A DNA stretch of 45,922 nucleotides, taken from NCBI GenBank assembly GCA_021432655.1, contig MU271526.1:1-45922 (forward strand). Direction: 5' to 3'. This DNA comes from Atractiella rhizophila (Eukaryota). A model generated the notes under the pieces. The model did no database searches, was not told the DNA's origin, and was given only the letters and a program-made list of their open reading frames with translations. Shown here one piece after another: positions 11,417 to 22,800 of the stretch. Both the position numbers and the translations under genes were made by a program. Every line of letters begins with the position of its first letter. Position 1 is the stretch's first letter.

Positions 11417-12064
11417 TTCGTCTTGCTGGTTTGCAGTGGTTTGTTGACAGGATGGAGTGAGCATTCTCCCCAAGGGGGGCATGCTGTACCGACCCGCAAA
11501 TCAAACTGGCCTGACAAACATCCTCGTCTAGGTGGGCCATCATTGTTCCAGAGGCCATCATGATATTATGAGCTGTTGCACTGAAATTTATCCCTCCAAA
11601 GTCGGTACAGCGATCTGGCAAGTTAACAGTCAACCGACACGGCATCATGTCAGTGCTTAGGCCACAGGCTTCTCCCACGCTCATTCCGAAGCCACTAATC
11701 AGAAGTCACTCCCTCCAGCCAGCCTCGACTTGAACAGTTGAAGTAATTCCATCACACCAACGTTGTCGTTTCTCGTTTTTCTGGTGCCCTTTGAACAACG
11801 GCCGCTGGTGATAGCTGAGCTTCCGCATGATGGCAGCCTGATAGTCAACTCGGGCTGAACTTATCAATGCAAAATGTCAAGAACCAGTTGATGAGTTGTA
11901 GTATACAGATGTTTTGGGAAAGTTATGCTGCGTCCACGACATCGAGGCACTTCATGGACTTGTCTTCCGAAGGTCCTGCCACCAGTCCGAGCTGTCAACC
12001 AAAGCTCCCACTCCCTTCGGCTGTTTTAGGGAGAAGGTCTCAGTCCCATCTCCTCGACACCTAC

Positions 12065-12575
12065 CTAAGTCGAAGAAGCTAGTAACCTTTCAAAATCGCT
12101 CCTCTCCGCAGCTTCTGCTTCCCAGACTCCTAAACATTTCTCTAGTTTGCCCACGGCGCAATGAACCATTAGACTGTTGGCACCCTTGATGTCGTTGACC
12201 AACCACTGTCCAAAGAATAGAACAACGGAAAGAAAATGTGCCCTGGATTCTCTCAGGCCATCCTCCTCTTCAGATCCGTCCTGTTCATTTGCTCGGCGAT
12301 CTGCAAAGAACCAGGGGATGAAGTTGCGGAAATCGTCAATGTCCACCACACAGTACTGAACATCAACGATTTCTATCGCCATTGCATTTTGAGAGTGGAG
12401 AAGAATTGGGGGGAAACAAGGTTTGAAGACTCCTTCCCACCGCTAAATGTTAGGGATGTAAGATGTCTAAGGTGCGATAGATTCAGCGGAGTGGATAGAA
12501 TGGACGTGCTTCCATCAACCGAGAAAGGGAGCAGTTGGAGTGAGAGATGTTGGAGAAATCCTAACCCTCTTCTGT
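12065..12575 (-). pseudogene. Truncated, frameshifted fragment of an LRR/F-box-like hypothetical protein
   Basis: LRR-like LQHLSLQ..LNLSHLRHLTSLTFSGG reads on as KNAMAIEIVDVQYCVV..WFF if one A is restored in the run at ~12387. No intact 5' exon found. Confidence 0.5.
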
Positions 12576-13745
12576 GGTAGAAACGGAGTGATGTCAAGCA
12601 GCAGACCTTGATCGTGCCCTTGCACGCCATCGACCTACATGTAAATGTTTGCCCAAGCGTATATACTTTTGAGTAACGATCTGGGTCGAAATTGCAGGAC
12701 TTCGAGTCGACTGAAATATTTGGCTTTTGCACCACTAATACCGTGGGAGGTTGCAGTGCTTTGATGCGGCAACAAGCTCACGCTGTGGCAGAAATATATC
12801 TATCCTTACATTAACAGTGGCAAGGCTCTAACTATGTGTATTACAGCCCAGTGAGGTAGGCATAAATTGGAAGCTACTCCGAGATGTTAACTCCCCAGAC
12901 CGGACAGCAAACGCCCATGATGCCCATTTTCACTTTGTTGCACAAGCACCAGCAATCCACGTCCCAGGCCCGAATCAGAATGGACTCAGGTTGATGTGTT
13001 TCGTCTTTCCAAACTACAGCAATCTATTGATGCTTTGACTTATCGATCTTTCATCCTCCCCTTTCTGCCGTCGTTGATTCTCGTTATACAGGTACGTTTC
13101 TCTCTTCACTCAGCCGCGTTCTCAACAGTAGAACAGGACAGCGTTCAGCTTCTGGGATAAATGGGGGAGGAAGCAATACAATCCCCGAGACAAAACAGAT
13201 CCCGCTTGCCTCGTCCTCGACGGCGTCCGGTATGGTTACCTCTATAGCACTGCAGTTACAAAGTCCTATGCCAGCGTTTCCGTCAAACTGATCGATAACG
13301 GATTGGAAATCGATACTACTATGGTTTCCGGTTTAGTTGGCACAGAAGCCACGGTAGACACCGCTTCTCCATTAGCAGGATGATGGATCTTCGAAGGGAG
13401 GATTGACAAGTGGAAGGAAGCAGAAGCCGCGGACGCAGCCGGAGTAAACGCTGAATTGAATAGGAGGTAACGGAGGGCAAATAGATAGATGACGCGAATC
13501 ATTATTCATGTTGTAGCAAACCTAGGGATCACTGTTGTTAGCTCACCACAGATTCCTTCCAATCGAAGAACGTTCTGCTCCTTAGACGACACAGTACTTT
13601 TACAATACGCTGCACAACTTTCGTTACGTGACTATGTCATATGAGAAGAGTGTGGTAATGGGGAAATACAGTTGTATTTTCTGGCAAATAAGCTCAGATA
13701 TAATATTGAAGGGAGTGTCATTTTCCGACTAGGCTGAATCAAGGC

Positions 13746-14866
13746 TCAGCCCAACTTCGCCATTAAATCAGGGTACAGCTCTTCTAGGACGGCCAGGATC
13801 TCATTCCAACACTTTTCGGCGAGCTGAGTTCCTTGATCGGACGCAGCCAAACCGCCTTCACTATTTCAAATATCCCCATCAGATTTATTTCGAAGAAGGC
13901 GGTGACAAGGGAAGGACAAACGGATAGACGGTTTGATGTTCCAAATACCTCCCATGCGTCTCCTTCCCCGCTTGTGCAGCGTGGACCAAAGTCTTTGCTC
14001 CCTCCTCCGTTGTTCTCCCGATTAGCCATTGTATGAACCTGAGCACCAGCGGAACTCCTTCTTCCCTCGACAGAAGTTCGGATTTGCAAAATCCTGGCTG
14101 AACAGTATTGACCACTACGGCTACGGCCGTCCGTCCTTCCGCTGCTTGAGCAATATATCGGAATGCGAATTGGAGCAGCAATTTCGAGACGGAATACCTT
14201 TCCGGCGTCATTCTGCCGTTCGGTTTGACGTTGAGAGCAGACAAGGAATTTGAGGCTTCCTTTTCAGGGAAAATTGCGTGCATATGAACGTCCGAACTGA
14301 CGAACGTGAGGTTGGCCTTCCCCTTCTGATCTGCAGTTCGTCGAAGAGAAGGAAGTAGAAGGATTCCTAGCAGTGTGGTGGAGAGGGCATTCACTTGCAA
14401 GGTGCTCTCCCATCCATTGGGTGAGACGGTCCAGTTAGTAGTCGCGAGTCCAGCGTTGAGAATCGCGGCGTCAAGGACGGGCAGCTCCTGCTCGACGCGA
14501 GCGGCAAAGCTGATCACGCTGGCGAAGGAGAGCATGTCGAGTTCCCATACCGATATTGTAGGCTTAAAAGACCGAGTGTTGGTGCTAGAAAGCAGCGAAG
14601 ACCGTGCATGTTCCCCTTTCAAGGTATTTCGGACGGCAAGGATCAGGTGTGAGCACCCCAAGTTCAGGGCGTGTTGAGCAGCGGCGAGACCAAGACCAGT
14701 ATTAGAACCTGTGATACTGTAGTTGGCTTATCAGATGGATAGGTTTAACGAAGGAAGAGGACATGACGAGCATTACAGTCTTGCCTCTGAAAGAAGTTTC
14801 GGGAGGGAGGCTGAGATGAATAAACGGTTGTTTGAAGAGCTTGAGAATAGCGGTAAGATTGGACAT
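13746..14866 (-). CDS. Short-chain dehydrogenase/reductase (retinol-dehydrogenase-like), 3 exons
   Basis: ITGSNTGLG Rossmann motif, ILAVR, LDM, ILNAG, VSS, YSVSK catalytic motif, PGFCKS. The last exon ends WNEILAVLEELYPDLMAKLG*. Confidence 0.92.
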
Positions 14867-14910
14867 GGACTGAATAACTTATTGAAGATGTGCATTCTAC
14901 ACCAATGAAG

Positions 14911-14918
14911 CTTTTATA
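14911..14918 (-). promoter_or_regulatory. Putative TATA box of the SDR gene
   Basis: TATAAAAG on the minus strand ~45 nt upstream of the ATG. Confidence 0.4.
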
Positions 14919-15049
14919 CCAGCACATCACCTCTGTCTCCGACCAAGTTCGGTGTCGTCGGACCACCGGAGCAGGCGGCTTCAGGAACACTCAGGGCAGC
15001 AGGTGGAATCCAACTGTCAGTGTTCGCGCGATACATAGCTGGGATGTTC

Positions 15050-15628
15050 TGCTCAGAGGGCTCGAATACAGCTTGCAGTCAATGTTGAGAACATGTTCCT
15101 TCTTCTCTCTGGCTGCGTGAATCATGGAAGCGGGGTGAGTCATTTAGCTTCCAAAAGAGTCCACTCGCGCTCAACAAACACTGCTACCGCTCTGGATAGT
15201 GCTCTGTCAAGAAGAGCGGCAAAGGGGAACGTTAGGACGGCGTGGTGCAAAGAAGGTGGAATGCACCTGAGAGTAGCTTCACTTCATAATGTTTTACTTT
15301 CTCCTGTCCTTTGCTTGCCTTCACGCTATACCTGTACCTTTTGCTTTGCGAGGTAAATCATCAATATCATTCCGTTCGCAAAGGGCTACTGGAAAGACGA
15401 ACAAGAGACTTTCTTTATCACTTTTTTTCAGAAGCTAGGGCCATAATTTCTCTTTGTTTTGGGAAACCAGAAGCCATGGCGCAACTTGATGATGAGATCA
15501 ATATTATGGTCTGTGACCGTAGCGGTCATGAAGCTCTTCTCCTGATGATCGGTAGTTACAGGCTTTCGAGATCTTGTAATGTATGTCCATCCTACTCCTG
15601 CCCTATCTGCTACAGGTCCTACATAACT
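15050..15628. repeat. Copy 1 of a local duplication (blocks A 15050-15151, B 15249-15380, C 15409-15628)
   Basis: Blocks recur at 16364-16809: A identical, C near-identical, B inverted. Confidence 0.93.
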
Positions 15629-15969
15629 CCTGTTTGCCTTGTAATGGTGGGTGGCATTCATGTAAGCTTGACATAAGAGATGGCTGGGTGAGGGTCAAAG
15701 CTCCATCAGGCGGAAGGTGTTTGATGCAATGCTTAGATTTGTCTGCCAACGAGGTGATTAGAGCGTGCTGAGTGAGTAGAAAAGAACTTTATAAGATAAA
15801 AGCAAGGGAGAAGAAATATATAAAGGGCAAGACGTGAAGCGTGAATGGTTTGGGAAAAGAAAAGGGGTTGCCACAGGGAACGGTATAAAGTGGTCGAAAT
15901 GGTTGGGCTACCCATATTAGTTCGGGCCTCCTCATGCTTTTTCTTTTTGTATCTCAGTATTCTCTCCGT

Positions 15970-16362
15970 GGAGCATGTGTGGAATGAGAATCTTTTGGTG
16001 GCTCGGATGAATTTCCACAGAAGGGGGAGGGCTTCAGGTGGAGAAAGGACCGATGCATTGCTTGTTAGGCTAATACCTGATTTCGCAAGTTGGTTTCCTG
16101 AGATGGGAGCGATGTCTCCTATACCTTCCGCAGAACTGAATAGTGCTTGACAGTCTCACGAGGATTGCAGAACTCACAAAGTGGGGACTCCTGCAGGCAG
16201 TCACCAAGACATATATGACCGGATCTCATTTGCACCATTATTGATGCCACTGGGCGGGGAAGGCTTGCGAGCATTTCCAAGGTCTTCGAGGAGGAAAGGC
16301 TGCCTCTGGGCTTGAGGTGGTGTTTCGCTGAAGTTGGAGCAGTTTCTGGTGGAGTGGGGGAG
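15970..16362 (-). mobile_element. 3'-end relic of a non-LTR (Tad/LINE-like) retrotransposon ORF2, C-terminal zinc-finger region
   Basis: LPRPVASIMVQMRSGHICLG..SPLCEFCNPRETVKHY, then after frameshifts FCGRYRRHR and LLWKFIRATKRF, the typical fungal LINE ORF2 end. Possible decayed A-tail (A5GA5) at ~15938-15948. Confidence 0.75.
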
Positions 16363-16363
16363 A

Positions 16364-16809
16364 TGCTCAGAGGGCTCGAATACAGCTTGCAGTCAATGTT
16401 GAGAACATGTTCCTTCTTCTCTCTGGCTGCGTGAATCATGGAAGCGGGGTGAGTCATTTAGCTTCTAATGCGAACGGAATGATATTGATGATTTACCTCG
16501 CAAAGCAAAAGGTACAGGTATAACGTGAAGGCAAGCAAAGGACAGGAGAAAGTAAAACATCATGAAGTGAAGCTACTTTCAGGTGCATTCCACCTTCTTT
16601 CTTTATTGCTTTTTTTCAGAAGCTAGGGCCATAATTTCTCTTTGCTTTGGGAAACCAGAAGCCATGGCGCAACTTGATGATGAGATCAATATGATAGAGC
16701 TTTCTGTGACCGTAGGGGTCATGAAGCTCTTCTCTGATGATCGGTAGTTACAGGCTTTCGAGATCTTGTAATGTATGACTGTCCTATCTGCTACAGGTCC
16801 TACATAACT
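16364..16809. repeat. Copy 2 of the local duplication (A 16364-16465, inverted B 16469-16600, C 16597-16809)
   Basis: Direct base-by-base comparison with 15050-15628. Confidence 0.93.
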
Positions 16810-19336
16810 ACCTAGCCGGAACAGGGTCCCTTTTCAAGATTCTTGTCCAATGTCAGTAAAATGCTTGTAGGTACTGGGCATTGATTGAAAAGGCATACCA
16901 CTGTGTCCAAACCGTGATCGTATGGTTGCACTGCTATGTCTTGAGCATTGCTCAATCGTTGGGGACAAACAAAACTTGGCCAGCAACCGACCACAACCGT
17001 CCCGAAATTGCCAAATTGTTGTCGCATCATTGTCTCACCATTGTCGAACCGCTACGACAGTTATCTGCGCTTGTCAACAATCGCTCCATGTTTGCTAGCT
17101 TATGTCGCAAGGAGGTGAGAAGAACCTTTCTATCGTCCTCCAACCGAAGCAAAATTGACGCCAATTTGGCTTAGGTCGCCTGTCATCCGTCTACAGTTGC
17201 CGCATGATTAGTGGACTTGCCAATCGTTGACCACTCCTTCAGAAACAATAGACACTGCCCCCAATGATGCAATAATGATGGTTAGTGCTTTTTATTTCAT
17301 CGTCAATAATGTGCTGACTCTGATGGGAAGCAAGGCATATCATTGGCAACATCGAAAATGGTGGAACAACGGGACATCTCTGCCCACAACCCTTGGTCAA
17401 CCCCGCTGCAGCTGTAGTGCAGGAGTAACGCAAGATTAGGGGAATATGCCAGAAGTGAGGGAGATGGGCATGAAGTGATGAGGAGGCTCGGAGTATCACG
17501 TCCAAGGAAACGCAATAAAGGTATGCTGTCTCTCAGAGCCATGATGAAGGGGCGAAGACGTTGACTCTCTGTGCGATTTGTATGCAGAGCTTCTACCTCA
17601 AGTGTGCTCTTCTATCAGCTAGGGGAGTTGAGGGAGAAAGCATGGGTGCCTAACACTTGAAGTTCTGTATGATTTACCTCTGTAGCTGACACATGGCTCA
17701 CTTTGGTATTAGTGACAGTATAAATCGCACTTCACACGATGCCCAGTCACAGTCATCGCCTTTCACCTTTACACTGCTTCTGACGTCCAAACGCCGCATG
17801 TTTCATTGGTGTGGGAGATGAAGATGGAATGGCATAAAGCATAGACATGGCTTGGAAGCTCCTTGAACGCTGAATTGGTACGCGTTCCTCCTCTCTCTCA
17901 CCAGAGCGGCCTTGCACGTGAGCTTGCCGAAGATTGGGCTTCTGATGAGGTTTGACATCAAAGAAAAACGACGACTTACCTTCCCTCTCCCCCCTCTCCC
18001 TTCGCAGCCTCTCCCTTCCAATTCCAGTCCCAGTGTGCAACTCGCCTCCCTAGGACGACACACTTTGTCTACGCATCCCTCATCCCCCCCTTGCACCCAT
18101 TGATTGCGATTGGATCAAGATGAGCACAGTGGACCCAGATGGGCAAGATCAGTAGTTCGAAATGAGAGAGTCTACAAGAGGTCGAAGGAGGTGTAGCAAG
18201 GATTCTGCTGTGCAACAAGGGAGGGAGGTAAGTTCTTCAATTGTTTAGAGTGTGAGTAAGTGGGCTAGTGTTTTCCAATCAAGCATGAAGGCTGGATTTG
18301 GCATGACTTCGATCGTAAGTTTTTCGCCAGGATGTATATAATTACAACGACTACTGTGCCTGGCACCATTTGTTTCTTTTGAAGCTCAGTAAGAGCTGAA
18401 CTTATCTTTTAGCCACAGGATCGCACCTAGACAAGGTCATCTTCATTTTTCGCGTGTGAGCGGTTTCATTCTTTCGTCTTCCCCTGGTAATGACGTCTGC
18501 ACATAGTCTTACTATTTCTTTAACCCATTGCTGTGCACGGTGAGTCTCCCTGCTCACTTTCGCTTAGCTGACCAACCTGTGCTAGAACATTGAAATTCTC
18601 CCATTTGCTTCCCTCTTTTACATTTTGATGACGCCCGAGGCCTTGGATCAGGTACGCTTTCGATCTCCTTGCTCTCCGTCCCATTCTTACACCTTCTACT
18701 CTTGTTTTAGCCATCCCGTGTTGTTTATGACTCACAATCACCTAATATGTCGAATGACTCCTCGTATCCCCTCCGCTCGGCTCCTGACGTCTCCACGACG
18801 GTTAGTAACGATGGGACGGTGTGTGGACAAGTGGAGGCTGGAGGAAATCAGAGGATGGGAAATCGCGAAGGGGATGTGAAGGGATGCAGAAGGAGGACGC
18901 GAGGAACAGGAGGAGCGACAAGGAGGGGGACAGGCTGTAGTAAAGGTGGTATACGAAAATTCAAACCATTTGAACCAAATCTCAATGTGCTGGTGCTATC
19001 TGGGAGTTGAATGTTTAAGAAATTGTCTGACCTTGAAAATTATTATTGTAGATTTCATGCTGTCGCTTCACCTTTTTATACACTCTTTCAACTGTTGTCA
19101 AGTAGGAACAATCTTTGTTCAAGCATTGTCGAGCCATAAAAGCATTGTCAAGATGTGCTTACTTGGCCATCACTGGCTGATGATTAATGCATTATCTCCC
19201 GACGATGGTTGAAGTATGGTTTTTTCATTGCCCAAATATTGTCAATCCCAGACAATGGTGCTTGGTCGACGTCGATGATTTTCACGGTTGGCAGTGGTTG
19301 GACCAGGATCTCAAAAAGAGCCCTGTTCCGGCTAGG

Positions 19337-19500
19337 TATATGACCGGATCTCATTTGCACCATTATTGATGCTACTGGGCGGGGAAGCTGAAGGTCTTCG
19401 AGGAGGAAAGGCTGCCTCTGGGCTTGAGGTGGTGTTTCGCTGAAGTTGGAGCAGTTTCTGGTGGAGTGGGGGAGTATTCGCGGATTGCCTGGGCGAAACA
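19337..19500 (-). mobile_element. Second relic of the same LINE-like element
   Basis: 19337-19474 nearly identical to 16212-16362 apart from a ~13-nt deletion; encodes PRPVASIMVQMRSGHI. Confidence 0.75.
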
Positions 19501-19851
19501 AGAGGGGCTGTGACAGAATACAGAATGGATGGCAATATTCCAGCAAGCATGACTCACACTGTCCACTTACTAGTAGTGCCTCTAGGCGGCCAACATATAT
19601 TCTGGCAGATTCTTCATATGTCTGCTCTCATCTTGATCCAATATTGATCCCTGTCACAGCTGTCCTCGCATTAAACTCATTTGTAACCCTCAACGCGTGA
19701 ACTCACCCGACAAGTTTCACTTTCGGTCGGAAAAGGACCTGAGACCCACTAACGGTTGGATATTGCGACGACGATCCTCTTCTTCTCGTCGTTTCTCTCT
19801 TTTACATCTCTCACTACTTCCTTACTTTCCGTATATTAGTATTAGTGTATA

Positions 19852-22800
19852 ATGTCTACCGCCGAAGCACCCGTCCAAGGCCACAAAAAGCTGCGAAAGA
19901 GCGTCTCAGGCTCCGTCAGGAAGAAGAGTTTGGACCACTCCCAGCTCCCTCAAAACGGCGCCCTCCCGACGTCGTCCTTCTCCATGAATCCCTCGCCCAC
20001 TTTCGAGTCGGCAGGCTTGGCAGGAGCAAACGGGAAGGAGGCAGAAAAAAAGGAAGGTTGGAAACGCAGGCTCAAGATTTCTCTCGGCGCAAGCAGCGCG
20101 GACTCAGGTACTTTCTCTCTCCTTCTCCATTTATTTCTGGGGTGGGAGCATTGGACGTTGATGTATCGTGACTGCTCAGCAGAAAGACCCACCTCGCCGG
20201 TCCCTCCGCTTCCCACGTCTAACCAGCTCCGAAGCAGTCCCTCCAACGTCTCCCTCGCCTCCTCTCCTTCACAAATCTCCAACGAAAAGCGGCGCCGCTC
20301 CAGGTCTTCAGTCGACATGATAGCGGAGTTGATCCATCCTACGCCTCCACTGCCCTCCAATTACGCCGCCTCAAACGATACTAGGAGTCACCGCTCATCG
20401 TCTTCTCTCTCCACTCCGACCCCAACGTCCCTCGGAAAGACTCCTGCAATCTCCTTCCCTGACGCAATCGCATCGAACCAGGTACAAAGGATCACTCTAG
20501 CTCAAGCGACCAGGGGAGCGAACGGATCGGGAGGGAAGAGAAAGAAGAAGGCTCCTATCGAAGTCTTGGAGATCAAAGGAGCAGAAGAGAAGGAAGAGCT
20601 CGTCCTCGCTCCTCAGAAAGAAGTAGGCTTCAGGTTAGGCATGACCATCGACTCACAGCGTCGAGCCTTCCCCATGCCACCTTCATCGTCCGCTTCTCTC
20701 GGCAATAGCTCTCCCGGTGCAGGACGGACGTCTTTTGGAAGTCTGGGCGGAGGAGTGGGAAGGAGCATGTCGGTCGTGAATCAGAAAGAGATTGAGAAGA
20801 TGCGAAAATCCCTCGGTACTGCTGGAACGATCACGTCCATCACCTCCACACACAGTTGGGGGACCGCATTCAGCGACCTCACCGCCTCCGCCTCTGTCGG
20901 TGGGAGGGCCATTTCTCCTTCACTCTCCACCTCTCACATCTCGAATCCCACTCCTGCTCCGACCATGCAACAAGGTAGCTCGTTCAACAATAAGGCGTTT
21001 GCCATGCTTGGGGCTATGCAACAGCAAGGGATGGAAGGCAAGGCGAAGGATATGGACGACCCATCCAAGTTTTTCGGCTTACCTCGGATCGAATCTCAAC
21101 GCGCCTCTTTCCATCCTCCTTCCACCTCTTCTCCCACCTCAGCTGGCAACACTTCGCTTACTCTTTCTCCTGGCTCCGTGGCCAGTTCCTTATCCCTAGC
21201 CAGCGTTGGTAGCGAAGAGGCAGTGAAGAAGATAAGGCGGAAGATGCCTCCTGCGGCAGTCAGGGAGAGCAGTATCGTATTCAGTGGAGAAGCTGGCAGG
21301 AGAAAGTCTTCTCTCCCCCTCCCACCTTCGCCGAGTCCGACGGGAGAGACCAGTTTAAGTATGGAGAGGAGCGGAAGCGGAGGAAGCGATTTAATATCCA
21401 TTGAAGAAAGAGAAGTTAAAGAAAAAGAGAAGGAGGCATCGAAAGAGGAGACACCTGCCGCTCAGGTTTCGCCACTTTCTCAAACGAATAGTCCCCTCTT
21501 CAGCAGCAATCTGACAGCAAATACCACGCCGTCTTCTACTCCAGGAACTGTCCCTTCGAGCCCCGCGAACTTGCGACCTGCAGTCTCTTTCTCTCCTCAA
21601 CCTGTTCCCATTTTCTCCACACCGCCCAACCCAAATAACGCAACCGATTCCAGCGCAACAGGCGGTCCGGAAGACTTATTTTCCCTCCTCCCCCGAGCAG
21701 CAAAAAGGCTAGAAGGGCAGCGAGCAGCTGCTCCGACTCCTGGTTTGAAGAAGAGCGCGAGCATATCAGCGATTGGCCAGGCTTCAGGAGGTTCTGCAAA
21801 TTTAGTCGGTTCGTATTCTTCGTTCCCTTACACCGGCGCTGCTGGCGGTGGAGGCACACAAGGTCTTGGCGGGATTGATGGCGCGCCCCTCCCGTGGAAG
21901 TTGAATGGGAGCGTCGTTACGAGCACTGTCAGTGCGGGTCCAATCGGAGGGTCGAAGAAGGAACGGAAGTTGGGATTGGGGATGGGGAGCATTAGGAGTG
22001 CTGTAGGGAGGGTACAGAGGAGGAAAGTTAAGGAACTTGCGGAAGAGGAGGCAGCGAAGACGAGCGTGGGAAGCAACATCGACTGCACCCCTTCAGTTAG
22101 GAACGAGAAGAGTGCTGGTAGAAATGGAGATAGGGCAGAAGTGGAAAGGGATTCGGATGAACTGGAGAGGTTGATGATGGGATTCGAGAAGGCAAGCAAA
22201 AGGCTGGATACACAGCGAGCTGGAGCACCAACTAGGAATGTGAGGAAAGTTCCATCTGCAAAAGATGGGGAAGTCATGCCAGGTATGGAAAAGAAGAAGA
22301 TCATTGGGAAGAGGCCGGAGGACATGGACATTGATGATGTTGAAGAAGGGGATGAAGAGGATGAAGAAGACGGAGAGGAGGATGACGATGGAGAGATCGA
22401 CTTCGCCACGGCACTCGAGATGATGGACCGCAAAGCTAGTCAGATTCCTTCCAGTTCAACCTCCAATAGCGTTGCGAACTCTATCCTTGCACGTCCTCCT
22501 CGTTCATCTTCAGCCCAAAATCAGCAGCCTATTCCGACGACATCCGAAGTGCACGCGACAGCAATTGAACCGTCGCCCACAACCACAACCTCACCAGATG
22601 TCTCTACCAATCCAGGTCGCAATTCAGTTGCATCCAGCACTCACGTCACGGACACCGATACAAATACGCGACCTCCTTCCATTCTGATCAACTCGCGCTC
22701 GAACTCGAACAAGCGCTCTTCAAAAGCGTATACCTTTGGGCGACCCCATTCTTTTTCATCGCATGGCCATGATGTTCTTGAGGAGGAGGAGGAGGAACCG

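Noticed and set aside
13266..13502. 78-aa minus-strand ORF as a small secreted protein
   Set aside because: Weak signal-like start, no supporting motifs, and the opposite strand looks at least as coding-like.
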